A stretch of DNA of 64,000 nt from Monocercomonoides exilis PA203 (lineage: Eukaryota; Protista; Preaxostyla), in the NCBI GenBank assembly GCA_001643675.2, contig LSRY02000020.1, forward strand, positions 124,001 through 188,000, read 5' to 3'. This document shows positions 25,401 through 37,974 of this stretch, piece by piece (position 1 is the first letter of the stretch; each line of letters begins with the position of its first letter). Both the position numbers and the translations under genes were made by a program. Under the pieces are notes generated by a model. It ran no database searches. It was not told the origin of the DNA and saw nothing but the letters and a program-made list of their open reading frames with translations.

Positions 25401-28400
25401 TTTGTGGGAGTAGGATGAATACGAGGAAATAAACGAGGGCGAGCTGAATTTTGGGGTGCTTGGGCTGATGAAGCAAGAGATTCCTGAACTTTGTGAGGAT
25501 CCAACAGAGGAATCTGCTGGGGAAGAGACACAAAATACGAGCAATTCAGCGGCTTTATATCTTTTTTGCTTTTCTGCACAGAAACATCAGAAGATTTTGG
25601 CAGTGATGGTGCTGGTGAAGCAAGAAAAGAAGCTGAATTTCCCTTTGCTGTTGTTTTGAACAATGGTGCCAAGCGTGTCTGATTAGACGAGCCTGCAAAA
25701 GAGGAAGCGTTGGAAGAATTAGCTGAATTGTTGCTTGATGAATTTGATGAGTTTGCACTTTTCCCAAACTGAGTGATGGAATTTGCAGTCAAAGAAGGCG
25801 GTGTTCTGCTGATTGTGCCCAACACTCTCGACAGCTGTAGTGCGAACTGAGGTTGTCCAGATGCCGGAGCCAGCATCGCCTCCAACAGCACCTCAATTGG
25901 CTTTGTGAATGTCTGTGTGCACGCGTGATGAAGAGGGGTCATTCCAACATTGTCAACCAACCACGGATTTGCGTTGTGTCTCAGAAGATATCGCATCAGC
26001 GTAACATCGCCACGCGCAGAAGCTACGTGAAGAGGAGTCCACCCGAACACAGAGTCAGCTGCATTCACATCTGCCCCACACGCCATCAGCCACGCACACA
26101 GCACAAGACGAGAGCGACGGCAGCGCATGCGATGGGGATCGTGTGAAAGAGGATGGAGGAGATGAGAAAACGGATGGATTGAAGTGCTGCTTTTTCCTTG
26201 TTGAGATGAAGACGATGAAGAACAAGTTGAACGATCGGGATTGGAACACAGAAAAAGAAGAGGTGGATGCTCATTCGAATTATTCGAAGGAAGTGGAGCA
26301 GCAATTGATTCAACAAAATTGCCATCATCTGCCATTTCAGGTGAACTCTGCTGAGAAGATAACAAAGATGATGAAGGAGAAGCAACAACAGGAATGGAAT
26401 TACACACACATCCCTTTCGGCACCCGTTGCATTCCCACGAGGCATACTCATCTTCATCCATCTTCTTCTGTCTTTTCTGCCTCAATCCATCTTGTTCATC
26501 TCCACTTGCACCCTCACTGCATGAATCGTCTTCCCAGTTCCACTGCGATTCTCCTCTGTCTTCCACATTCTCAACACTCCACTTCGACTTCTTGTTTATC
26601 TCTCTTCCTCTGATTGTCTTCTTCCACACATCTGGATTGCGCGGCTCGCCGCTCCACAAACAGGCAGCCAGCAGCGCCGATCTTCCCCAGCAGTCTCTCT
26701 GCCTCACCGACTCTGATTGCCTGAGTGTGTCTACAGTGACAGCCATCGACGACAGGAGTGTCATCATCACTGACGAGAAGGACTCAGTGCGGATTGAGGA
26801 AGAATGAGATGATGAGGAAGAGGAAGATTGAGGAAGAGAAGCACCGAGAAAACTAAACGCAGTTTCGAACTCGTCCAGCGAAAATGCGAACGCTGATGTG
26901 AGCAGATGCTTATTGCTGGGCCTTTCTGTCGAGTCGATCATTTCCCACTCGTATTCGTGTTGCTGAATTGGAAGAGTGTCATTGATGCGCATCTGCTGCG
27001 TGGCATCGATTGCAGCTGGCCTCGCTGAAGGCGCCTGACTCAAAACAGGTGCAAATGAATTGGATGCAGTTGTCTTCAGCTTTTGTGTGCTGCGTGTGCT
27101 AGCCGCACTGTTAATGATTGATGCTCCGATGAATCCAGTGTCCTTTGGCAGAGGAGCAGACTCAATGGAAGAGTTTGATGATGTCATTCGATGCGAAGAA
27201 GAAGGAAGCTGAGGAGAAAGAAGGGAAGTTGTTGCAATGCCATTGGAGACAGCAGAGCCAGAAGTAGAAGGAAAAGGGGTGGAAGCAAACGCAGTTGACT
27301 TTTTTGTTCTGTCTTTGATGATATCTTGATTAACTGCCTCATGTATTGAACCAATTTCTTTTATTCCCACAAGAGAAGACGAATGTGCTGGAGAAGCATC
27401 AACCACCTCTTCCTTCGTCGAAGGCGTCCATTGCAGTGCCCGTATCAGTGTCACTGGATGCATGTTTGTGGCGAAATGGAAAGGAGTCAGCGACAAGAGA
27501 GACAATGGAAGAACAAACAGGCGGAGGTTTGATCTGTCCTTTTGATGAGCTGCAAATTGAGGAGAGGACATCTCAGAAGCTGTGAAAAACACAGAAATTG
27601 TGTCATTCTGCTGCTGTGCTGTTGGGAATGTGTCTGAAGAATGTGTTGGAATTATCAGAGAAGGCGGAGATGTCGGCAGCTGAGCTCCGCTTCCGCCGAG
27701 TGAATGAGACTGTTCAGAAGCAGAAAAGACAGACACATTCGAATTATTCTCGTTTCGCATGCCTGTTGAATCAATTGCCATTTGCGAAAGACTCAGAGAA
27801 AGCAAAGAAAGCGACGAAGAAGACAAAGCAGAGCCTGTTTCATCTGAACTGTTTTCTGCACTTTTTTCAGAAACACCAAAAACGAAACATCCACTCCACT
27901 CAACAGCCAATTTCTTCAGAACACCCTGACAAGCTCTGTTAGAATGCGGAGAAAGAAGCGGATGCCTCAGAGAAAGAAGGAAGTTGGCGCATCGATCAAA
28001 TCCCCTCAGAAAAGAGAGAAGAAGAACATTCTCACCCAGCCAGTTTGTGGCGGTGATGTCCGAATGCAGATTAGACAGAATAGAGATGTGGTTGCAGCAC
28101 TTGCTGTCGCTGTCAGCTGTGATGAGAGGAAAATGCGATGAGCTGCGAATTCGACGGGACACAAGCGGAGAAGATGAAAGAGGAGGATAAGAAATAGGGA
28201 AAGTGCACAAAGAGGAGAAATGTGATGAAGAAGAGAAGAAATCAGAGAGAAGATTCAAAAAAGCTGATGAGCTGCTTTTTGTAAGCGACGGATGAACATG
28301 AGCTGTTAGCAAAGAAGTCCAAATATTATCAGTTTCAACTTGCTTTTCATAAAGATCATCTCTCTTCATCTCTTTCAGGACTTTTCCAGAAGATAAATGT

Positions 28401-31400
28401 CTCTTACGCTTTTTATTCGAAATCGTGGCGCGCTTAATCGGCTCATATTGAAATGGGAATGCGCTTCCCAATCTGTCCACGACCAACACTCCGCCTTTCA
28501 AAGCAGACAGAACAAGATTGTCTCCGCTGAACAGCGTTGGGGCATTTGCCAGCAGAGAAGGATTAATTGGATCAACAGTGCTGGTGAAGACAGGATGCAG
28601 CAGAGGCGGAGAGGCTTCAGAAGTCTTGTCGTCGGTGGTGGTGTCAGCGGTGTGGGAACACGGGAGAGAGGAGAAGGAGAGGGAATACATGGGAGCATTG
28701 GAGGATGACTCAGCCAAAGAAGACGAGGGAAGAGAGGAGGAATGACAGGAAGGCGAAGACGAGGCGAGCGGAGCGAGGGAGTTCATCATGTCTTTGGAGA
28801 AAGAGAAAGGAGAAGAGAAGTCAGCAGAATCAGTCAAGGAAGGCTTCATTGAAAGTGGATCAGTCATTTGCTCAGAGTGCTGAAGAAGCGGATGGGATGG
28901 GCCAAAAGAATGAACGTCTTCGATGGCAACAGGATAAGCAGATGAGAAAGAAGAGAAGGAAAGCGTGGGAGTGTCAGTGGCAGACGACGCCTGGGCAGTT
29001 GACGATGAATGAAGCATTGAAGCAGTAGCAGCTGTGGCAAGTGTTGTTGGCGGGCAAAGATTTCTTTCATTGATTTCTTGTTCTTCTTCCTCATCTTCCT
29101 GTTCATGCTTGCCATTTCGTAGGAATTCATTTGCTCTTTTCTCGTCTGCCACTTTGGAAGTCGGTACAGTCGAATTAAGCGGTATCAAATGTGCTTCTTT
29201 CGAAGGCGATTCGCTTTGAAGGAACGCATCCTGCGATGACTCTGATAGCATGCTCTTATCTTCTGCTTGACTGTCTTCTTTCGCTTTGACATTCATCTCA
29301 TCATCATCACCTTCATCATCACTTTCTTTTTCTTTTTCTTCTCTCTCTCTTCTTCTTCTTTCTTCTTCTTGTTCCTTTTGCAAAGCCTGCCTCGCTTCCT
29401 CCTTCTGCTTCTGTTCCAACTCCCATAGCTTCTTCATCTGCTCCATCAAAACAGTCTCCTCCTTCTTTTCTTTCCTTTTCACATCAGCCGGCGCACATAA
29501 CCCGCCTTCCAGGAACATCTTCACACACTCCGTATTCAGTGCACGTGATGCACAATGCACAGGAAGCATGCCATTTCGGTCGTACAGAAAGAGAGAGGCG
29601 CCATGAGAACAGAGAATATCACAAAGAAGAGCATCACCTGAACTGCTGGCGAGGTGGAGTGGTGTTGTGAAGGGGATGGCCTGGAAGAGAGGGTGGAGGG
29701 AGAGTTGGGTTGGGTGGGAGGGATAATGAAAGCGAGGATAGAAACAGGAAGAGGAGGAGCAATATGGACAGATGGAAGAGGAAGAGGAAGAGGAAGAGGA
29801 AGAGGAAGATGAATGTGGCTGAAGTGATTGAGAAGAAGTGTTATTTTTTGAAGAAGAAGAGGATGATGAAGTGTTGTTGTGAATGTGAATAGATGTTTGA
29901 GTCTGAGAATCTGTTGACAAAGCTTCATTTGGAGTGATTGTGTTGAAGAGAAATGAATGGAGTGCAGAAATGATTGATTGTTGTGAGTGAAGTGGACAAT
30001 AAAGAGATGGAATGGGTGAACGTGTAATGAACTGAGTATTAGTAGAAGCTGAGGAAGAGAAGGAGGAAGAAGAAGCAGAAGCAGAAGAAGAAGAAGAATT
30101 AAAAGCAAACTGTGAAGTGTTGTGGAGGTGGAGCATTGTGGGAAAGCGAAGAGGAGTGCAGAAGGAAAACACGGTTGAGAGCCTGCTTTCATCAGAAGAT
30201 GTCAAATGAGACAGAAATAATTGATTTTTTGCAGTTTCTGATGAACTTCCATTTTGATTCATTTGCAGTTGGCTATTGTTAACATTGGCAGACTGTTGTG
30301 TTGGAAAAAGAGTTGACTGAACAAGATTTCCATTGAACTCGTCTTTTCTCTGTGAAAAAAGATTTGGGTGTTCTTGAAGACGCCAAAATGTGGGGAAGAA
30401 TGCTGCTTTGTTGCACAGAAACCCGCCACAAACATCAGCGCCGTGAGATAAAAGCAGACGGACTATCGAATGCTGCCTCCGGATTGTGGCGATGAGAAGA
30501 GCAGGAAAAGCAATGAAAGGCGAAGGAACAGCAGAAGACCTGTCAAAATGCTCATTTGACATATGATTATTTGTTTGACTGTTTGTCTGCCATTTCATTT
30601 GGAGTTGTGTCTGAAATGAAAGCCAATCTTCGCTGAATTCATCTACAAAACTGGCAGTCGCATTTGGGTCTGCACCTTTTTTGAGAGCACGCTGCACTTT
30701 GCGAGGCAGCTCAGCGTCGGGTGAGTAGATCAGACAAGACAGAAGATCAAAACTGGCTGAATGAATGGAGCGGAGTTGATGTGAGACAGAAGTGCCAGAT
30801 TGTGTGGGTGAATAATGTGAAGAAGAAGAAGAAGAAGAAGAAGAAGAAGAAGAAGAAGAAGCAGAGGAAGAAAAAGAATTAGATTGATTTTGAAGTGAAG
30901 GTTGTTGAAGTGTTGCGTTGTGTGTTTCATTTGAGTGTGATGATGAATGTTTTTGCTGAGTAACTTCATCTGTTGCTTTCACATTGCTCTTTTTGTTGCT
31001 TTGATGCTTGCGCTTCCTTTGTGTTTTGTGTGAATATGAAAGAGATGAAGGAAGAGATGAAGGAAGAGGAAGAGGAGGGGCAAAAAGAAGCGAAGCGAGT
31101 GGTGATTCAACAAATTCCTTTGAAGGCTGAGCAGTTTTTGAGGAAGTGGGAAAGAAGAAAAGAGGAAACTGATGACATTTTTGGAATGTTGAATAAGAAT
31201 CCTTTGTTCTGCTTTCAACGCTGCCTTCTTTTGCTGAAGTGGAAGAAGACGGAAAAGCAGCCGGAGAAAAAGGCGAATTCTGCAGCGGCCCAAACATAAA
31301 CGGCGGATGCGCAGAAAACGGCAGAGTTGGAGTCTCAAAGTCTTCGTTGTGCTCAGATGTTTGGCTGTCACCTGAAGAAAGCAGCTGTTTGCTTCGCAGC

Positions 31401-34375
31401 TCATCAGAAATTGGCTTACCAACAGGAGATTCATTGGCCATTCCTGAGAGAGAGTTTGAAGCGAGACGAAGAGAGTCAGAAAAGCTGATGTTGTACGAGG
31501 CAGACGGGGCGAAGTTGGTGGAAGATGTTGCGTTGTGTGCAGCGCCGACAGAAAGAGAAGAGAAAAATGGAGGAGATGTGATTGTGTCATAAGCAGAGGA
31601 AGCAGACGATGAAGAAGAAGAGGAGGAAGCAGATGATATTTGAAGTGGATGGAGAAGAGAACTCTGAGGTAATGAAGAAGAAGAAGAAGATGATGATGAT
31701 GAAGAATATGTGTGAGTAAACACAGGGGAAGATAAATCAGCTGCATTCAATCGAACATCACCAGGAGTTGTGGACTGAGTGAAAAGAGTCGAAGAAGACA
31801 TGTTCATCTGCTTCTGCATTCTCTTTCTGGCCATCTGCCGTGCCACATCCATCATCACACACACCGTTCTGATGGAGCCTTCGCCATACGGCGCAAACAG
31901 AAGAGGAAAAGACAGTCGGAAGAAAAGTGGCAAAGGAGGCTTCGAAGGAAAATAGGACGAAGCAGTCGAGGCAGAAGACGAGGCAGCTGTCTCAGCACTC
32001 AGAAAGGACGACTCAGCTGCTGCAGAAGAGGAGAATTTCGCGTTTTGCTCCTTCAGAAGAGGATGAGGCCGTGCTCTTTCCATCGCATTCCACTCTCTCA
32101 CAGACAGCAGCCACTCCGCTGCATCCTTCTCTTCCTTCCCGTCGGCTGGGCGCACACTCCACCCTTCCCTCTCTGCGACCCATCCGCCCCGCATCTCCTC
32201 CAGCTCCTCGCTTCCCACCCACATCTGCAGCAGCTCCTGGCAGCTCAGCCCAAACACATCCTTCTCTTCAGTCGGCGAGCCATGCAGCAGAAGCAGACGG
32301 ACAAGCGGAGCATCACATCGAAGAAGAGCATAATGAAGAGGAGTGCGATGAGAGGCATCGAAGACAAACGGAGAGCACCCGTAGAACAGCAGCAGCTCTG
32401 TCGCAAGCACATTGCCGCTGCAAACAGAGGCAAACAAAGGAGAAGTGAGTGAATGTGTTTGAGGGATCAGAACAGGAGAGAAGGAAGAAGAAGGAGAAGG
32501 AAGACGAGGAAGAAAAGCGAAAGATGAGTGAGTGTTCTGAAGTGGATGATGTACGAGTGAAATGGCTTCTGTGTGCTGCATCGGAATTTGGAGGCTGAAA
32601 ACAATCGAAAAAAGCCTTTCACGCAAAGTTTCTGCTTTTTCGACTTTTTTATCAGAAATGTGGCTATCTGAAATGCCAAATGGAACAATGTTATAATTTG
32701 AGGATGCGCCTGCTGCGTTGTCATTTCCTGATTGAATTGGATAATTCGCTTTGCAATCTGCTCGAAGGACAGCATTTTCCTTCAGCTCTGCAGACTCCGA
32801 AAGCAGAAGAAGCAGTATCTTCTCAAGGAGAGGAGCAAACGAAGTGATTGAAGAGAGAAGAGAAAGAATGGGCCTCGAAGAACTGCAGATGTGTGCCAGC
32901 ACAGAAAGCGCAAAGGAATTCACTGGGTGAACAGCAGCTGTTCTGTTGTGCGATTCTTTCTGATTGGCTTGAGACGCAACTGCCTGCTGAGAGAGCAATG
33001 AGGTGCGGCTGAGCTCAGGAAGGCTGTCGATGAGGGAAGGAGAGTCAGCAGAGGAAGAGTGAAGCGAAGTGGACGAAAGGGACGGCGAGTCCAAGCTGCT
33101 CATCAGCATCATCGGCACTTCTAGTGCACGCTGCTGCGACAGTGCAACGTGGCTTTTGTGGTCGATGCCCCATTCTTCTGGCAAGAAATCCAGTGTCCCG
33201 CTTTCCTCGTCTCCTGCCCTCAAATTCTTGTTCCTCAATTTTTCTTGCGCTTTCAATCGCTTGTGTGTCAAATCAAGCTGCCTGAACGCCACACCTTCTC
33301 CGTCTTTTGCAGGAAAGACAGGCTGATGAATTCCTTCGAAGGTCGGCCTCCCTTTCCTCCTCTTCTTTTTTGACAGATGCTTTTCGCCCCTCTGTGCGTT
33401 CTGGCTAGAAGACTTGGCATCAATTTTGTCTGATTGTACTTTCGCTTCAGTTACAGCTTGCAATTTGGTCTGCGAATCGACTTGTAAAAGCGGAGATGAA
33501 AACGAATTCTGTTCTGTTGGCGTTTCTTCAACATTGGTTGTCACTTTATCAGTAAGTCTTCCTGGTGAAGAAAACGAATATGAATTTTCTGAAGGCATAG
33601 CAGAAGACTTCTCTTGCACGTTCATCAATGCATTACGTTTATTCGCATTAATGATTCGAGAAAGAGTTGGAGTTGGCGTTGTTTTAGTTGATAAATCCAT
33701 CTTTCTTTGGGATAAGGATGGCGTTAAGAGTTCAGTTAACTCTTGCTGATGATGAAAAGAAAAATCTAGTGCTTGCTGTTCCAGTTTGCGTTCTTTTTCT
33801 CTTTCTTCAAGAATCCCTTCTATCACTAATGTTGTCCATCCAACCATTCGATGGGAAATACCAACTGACAAAGCACATTCACCTCTGCAATCATCAATAA
33901 TTAAACAATCCCTGCACATTAAATAGAGCCAATATCCAAAAACATTGTTACCTATATCAACAGATATTAATAATGGAGAACATTTTTCATTATCAAGGAG
34001 CGAAAGAGGGTTTATAACGTTGGAATAATCATTCCAAGAGTAAGTTAGAAAATGCTGAGTTAAAACAATCTGTATAGATACATCAAAAGGTGGAAGCTGT
34101 CCAGCAATATAATGAAAAACATTCATTCCGTTTTTAGGATTAATCAGACTGTGAAGAGTGATATCATTTGAATGATTTTGAATAAACGAAAGTACAAGTT
34201 GGTTATGACCATTTTTCAGTGCAAATAAAATAGGAGTTTCGCCTAAATCATTAATGTACGATGAAAAAAATGTTCTGAAGGATTGTATTTGCTGAAATAA
34301 TGAACTATCTCCGCAAATAATAGATCCAATGACATTTTGATTAAATAATTGCGATTCTCCCTGTAATTCATCCAT
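19494..34375 (-). CDS. Giant (~4900 aa) ankyrin-repeat protein with C-terminal PH domain; intron 20026-19914
   Basis: Dispersed ankyrin motifs (GETPILFA, HRTPLHYA, TTPLHLAS, GWTPLHVASARGD, GMTPLHHAC, GRTPMDVV). The PH domain runs KTGFLLQKSTFRGWQKKWVVL...YHFLATSRSELQNWIRAF across a GTGTGA..CAG intron. Confidence 0.85.
30819..30860. repeat. (GAA)14 coding microsatellite (poly-Ser on the minus strand)
   Basis: Direct reading. Confidence 0.9.
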
Positions 34376-35065
34376 GCAACCAACAATATATTGTTGTTTT
34401 TGGAACTTAATCTCTTTTCAGTTTATTTTTCTTTGCTATAAAGAAAAATAACTCTCAATAAATAGTGTCAAATGAGTATGGGCATTTAATAATAATGATC
34501 ATTTGATTTTTTTGGTTATTTCAAACATTCCAAGTAAAACGAAAAATAAAATGAAATGAATAACTTTCATATTAATAAAATCTTAACAATTAAAAAATTT
34601 TATGTGTAAGTTCTTTTTGATTTATTTCGCAAATAAAATTCAATTCTCATTGATAATATTTCGCTCTTAATTATTTGATGAAAATATACTTATTTAAAAA
34701 GTAAAAAATTCTATTATTCATTCGTTATCATTTTTAACAGAATATTTATTATTTCGACATATCACTCATATCTCGTTTTTGTGGTGAAATAAGAAAAAGA
34801 GTTTCAAAATTAGTTTTTAAATAGTCAAATTTGTTCCAATACAAGTTAAGAATCCAAAAAAAACGGCAAACGTAAATAAATACTCTTATGTGCAAAACAA
34901 CAAAAAAAAAAAAATAATCTCCATTTGATCTTAACACCTGTATAATGGGTAACATGCTAAATAAAGGTTTTATTGATCTCAATTTTGGAGTATATAAGGA
35001 AGAATCGTTAAGTTTTTAATTCCGATATTTGAAATAAGGAGCTTTTGTGGGGAATATTAGTTGAA

Positions 35066-37461
35066 ATGGAAAGTACTATTACTACTGATAACACAAAAGT
35101 AGCAACTGATTGTTCTAGAATTGTATGCTACATGAACATTTATGAGTTATTTTTGATTTTGTTTCCACATTTTTGATAACTTAGATGTCGGAAATTGTGT
35201 TCTATAGGACTTATGCACAAACAATAGATCCAGGAAGGAAAGAAACCTTCGAAGAAACAGTTCAGAGAGTTGAAAACATGCACATTTCAAAGTTTCCAGA
35301 GCATTTTTACGAAATTCATCAAGTGATGAAGTTTGTGAGGGATCGGAAAGTTGTCCCTTCAATGCGATCAATGCAATATGCTGGGAGAGCCATTGAAATT
35401 ACAAACGCGAGGATGTACAACTGCAGTTTCACAAATATTGAGTGTTTTCGTGATTTTGCAGATATTCTTTATTTGTTGTGCTGTGGTGTTGGCTGCGGTT
35501 TCAGTGTTCAAAGAAGACATATTTCCAAACTTCCTGTTATCTCTTCAGGAACAGAAGAAACATTTCTCATTCCAGATTCAAAAGAAGGATGGGCAGAATC
35601 AGTTTTCCATCTTTTGTTGAATCCTCAAATAAAATTTGATTATTCTCTGATCCGTCCACGTGGAGCTTCATTATCGACAGGAGGAACAGCAAGTGGACCC
35701 GAGACTTTGGAGTTTATGCACGAAGAAGTCAGGAAAATACTTAAAAATGCTACTGGAAGAAATCTTCATTCACTCGAAGTACATGACATTTTATGCTTAA
35801 TTGCAGATCTTATCGTCTCTGGCGGATGCAGAAGAAGTGCAATGATTTCTTTGTTTGATGTGGATGATGAAGAAATGATGAACTGCAAATCTGGTTGGGA
35901 ATGGTTCAATACACATCCTCATAGAGCAAGAGCTAACAATTCTGCCGTGCTATTAAGAACTTCTCCATCTTTCCTGGACAATCTTCAGATGTGCGTGAAG
36001 AAATGCTTTGAGAATGGAACAGGGGAGCCAGGCATTTTCTTGACTAACGATCCCGATTACGGAACAAATCCTTGTGCAGAAATCTCTTTGAGGTCAAAAC
36101 AAATGTGCAATTTGACAGAAGTTAATGTCGCAGCATGCCAATCAAAAGAAGACTTTCTTTCCGCTGTGGAAGCTGCTACAGTGATCGGAACAATCCAGGC
36201 CACATATACCAACTTTCCATTTGTCCAGAAAGAATGGAGCGAAAACTGTCAAAAAGACTCATTGCTGGGCGTTTCATTGACAGGGCTCGCTCAAAACTGG
36301 GAGATGATCTCGGCAGACGGAGGAGCAACATTGGAAGAAGCAGCTACAAGAGCCAAAGCAATCAATGAGGAATGGGCCAGAAAGCTTGGCATCAATCCAG
36401 CTTCAAGAATCGGATGTGTCAAGCCAAGTGGAACGACTTCTGCGTTGCTGGGAACAACTTCTGGAATTCATGCTGCACATGCTCCTTATTATCTCAGGAG
36501 AGTTAGAATGGAAACGGATTCTCCTTTAACAGGGAAACTTTTGTGGATGCTTTTGAAGCAAAAGAAAATGCTCGGATTGCTTGGATCTGATGAATCTGAA
36601 GCAGATGATCCGTTCTCAAATGCAATTATAACGAAATCAAACTCTATTGATGTTACACGAAACTCACTAGCGAAGCTTTCTTGGATGACTGATTCATGCG
36701 AATCTCTCATTGGATTGCCTTTGATTGAAACTGATGTCTATGGAAGAGAAAAATGTGTTGAAAAACCAGAGGAAAATGCTTCAAACGAAACAGAAGAGGC
36801 ATCTGAACCAGCCAAACCAGCAAAGCCAACATCAAGAACAATTGTGGTGACATTCCCAATGAATATGAGCAGTGCAATCCAGAGGGCAGAAGAATCGGGT
36901 GTTGAATTACTCGAAAGGGCAGCATTCATTCACAAGCATTTCATCCAAAAATCTCACAGAGACGGACCAAACTTCCACAATGTTTCATTAACAGTCAACT
37001 ACAAGCCAACTTCAAAGAAGCAAGTTTCAAAGAAAGAAGAAGATGGAACTGAAACCAAAAAAGAAGTGACAGTTGAAGGAGAAGAGGATTCTATTCTTAA
37101 GTGGCTTATTTCACACACAGATAGCTATGCAGGCATTTCAATGTTTCCTGATATGTCTTATGGAGCTGATGTTGAAGTGAAATATCCACAATTGCCATTT
37201 GAGGAAGTACCAAAGGAAACATTTGATGAGTGGGTTGAGGCATGGAAAAAGCTGGGTGGAGTGTGCTTGCAAAAAGAGGAAGAAGTCGAAAAAGAAAAAT
37301 TGAAAGGCGAAAGCACAGAGAAAAGGAAAGAACGTGTTATTGAAGAAGACCCAGTGAAGGTTGTTTGCTCATTGCTAGCAGATTCTGAATGGAACATCAA
37401 TGCAATTGATAAAAGAAAGGAAATTCTTGCATGTGCAGGAGGAAATTGCGAATATACGTAA
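35066..37461 (+). CDS. nrdJ: Class II adenosylcobalamin-dependent ribonucleotide reductase, monomeric RTPR type; probable intron 35123-35184
   Basis: Motifs FYRTY, YNCSF (Cys), IPDSKEGW, FDYSLIRPRG..GGTASGP, GGCRRSA, RARANNS, GEPG, GTNPCAEI (N-x-C-x-E), CNLTEVN, CVKPSGT, SGIH..YYLRRVR and C-terminal CAGGNC. A 57-nt upstream exon joins in phase 0 through GTATGC..TTAG. Confidence 0.93.
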
Positions 37462-37974
37462 ATTATGAAATCTCTCTTACAATTGTAATTTAGATTTCTT
37501 TTTGTTATTCTCCACAACACGCTTGCATTTCCCCTCAATTCGTTTCAGTGAAGTGTCTATCGACACTTTTATATTTCAACATTTCACTTTTCCTTTGAAT
37601 CACTTCAACTTTTTGTTATTTGTTATCCAAAAAGAGAAAATTTCGAAAAAAAATATCAAAATATTTTATTTTCATCACTCAAAGACTTTATCAACTCGAG
37701 TTGTGGTGCTAAATAACATCGCAATAAAAAATGCTTCAAAATAACTAAAATTCAATGCTCACAACACAATCAAACAAATATATCACAGAGTTTTATTATC
37801 TTCACAGATATTTCAATTATTTCACAAACTTGGAAATTCATATATATTTCCACCCGAACATATGAAAATTTAATTAAAAATAATCTCATTGGTAATTACT
37901 AAACATATAAAAACTTCAAATCAAATAGCTAAATCTTTGCTAAAATAAATTTATAACGTATACAAAATCTAATA

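Noticed and set aside
35066-37461. RNR as bacterial contamination or as intein-containing
   Set aside because: It has AT-rich eukaryotic flanks, host-like codon use and a probable intron. The insertions lack intein C/S...HN boundaries.
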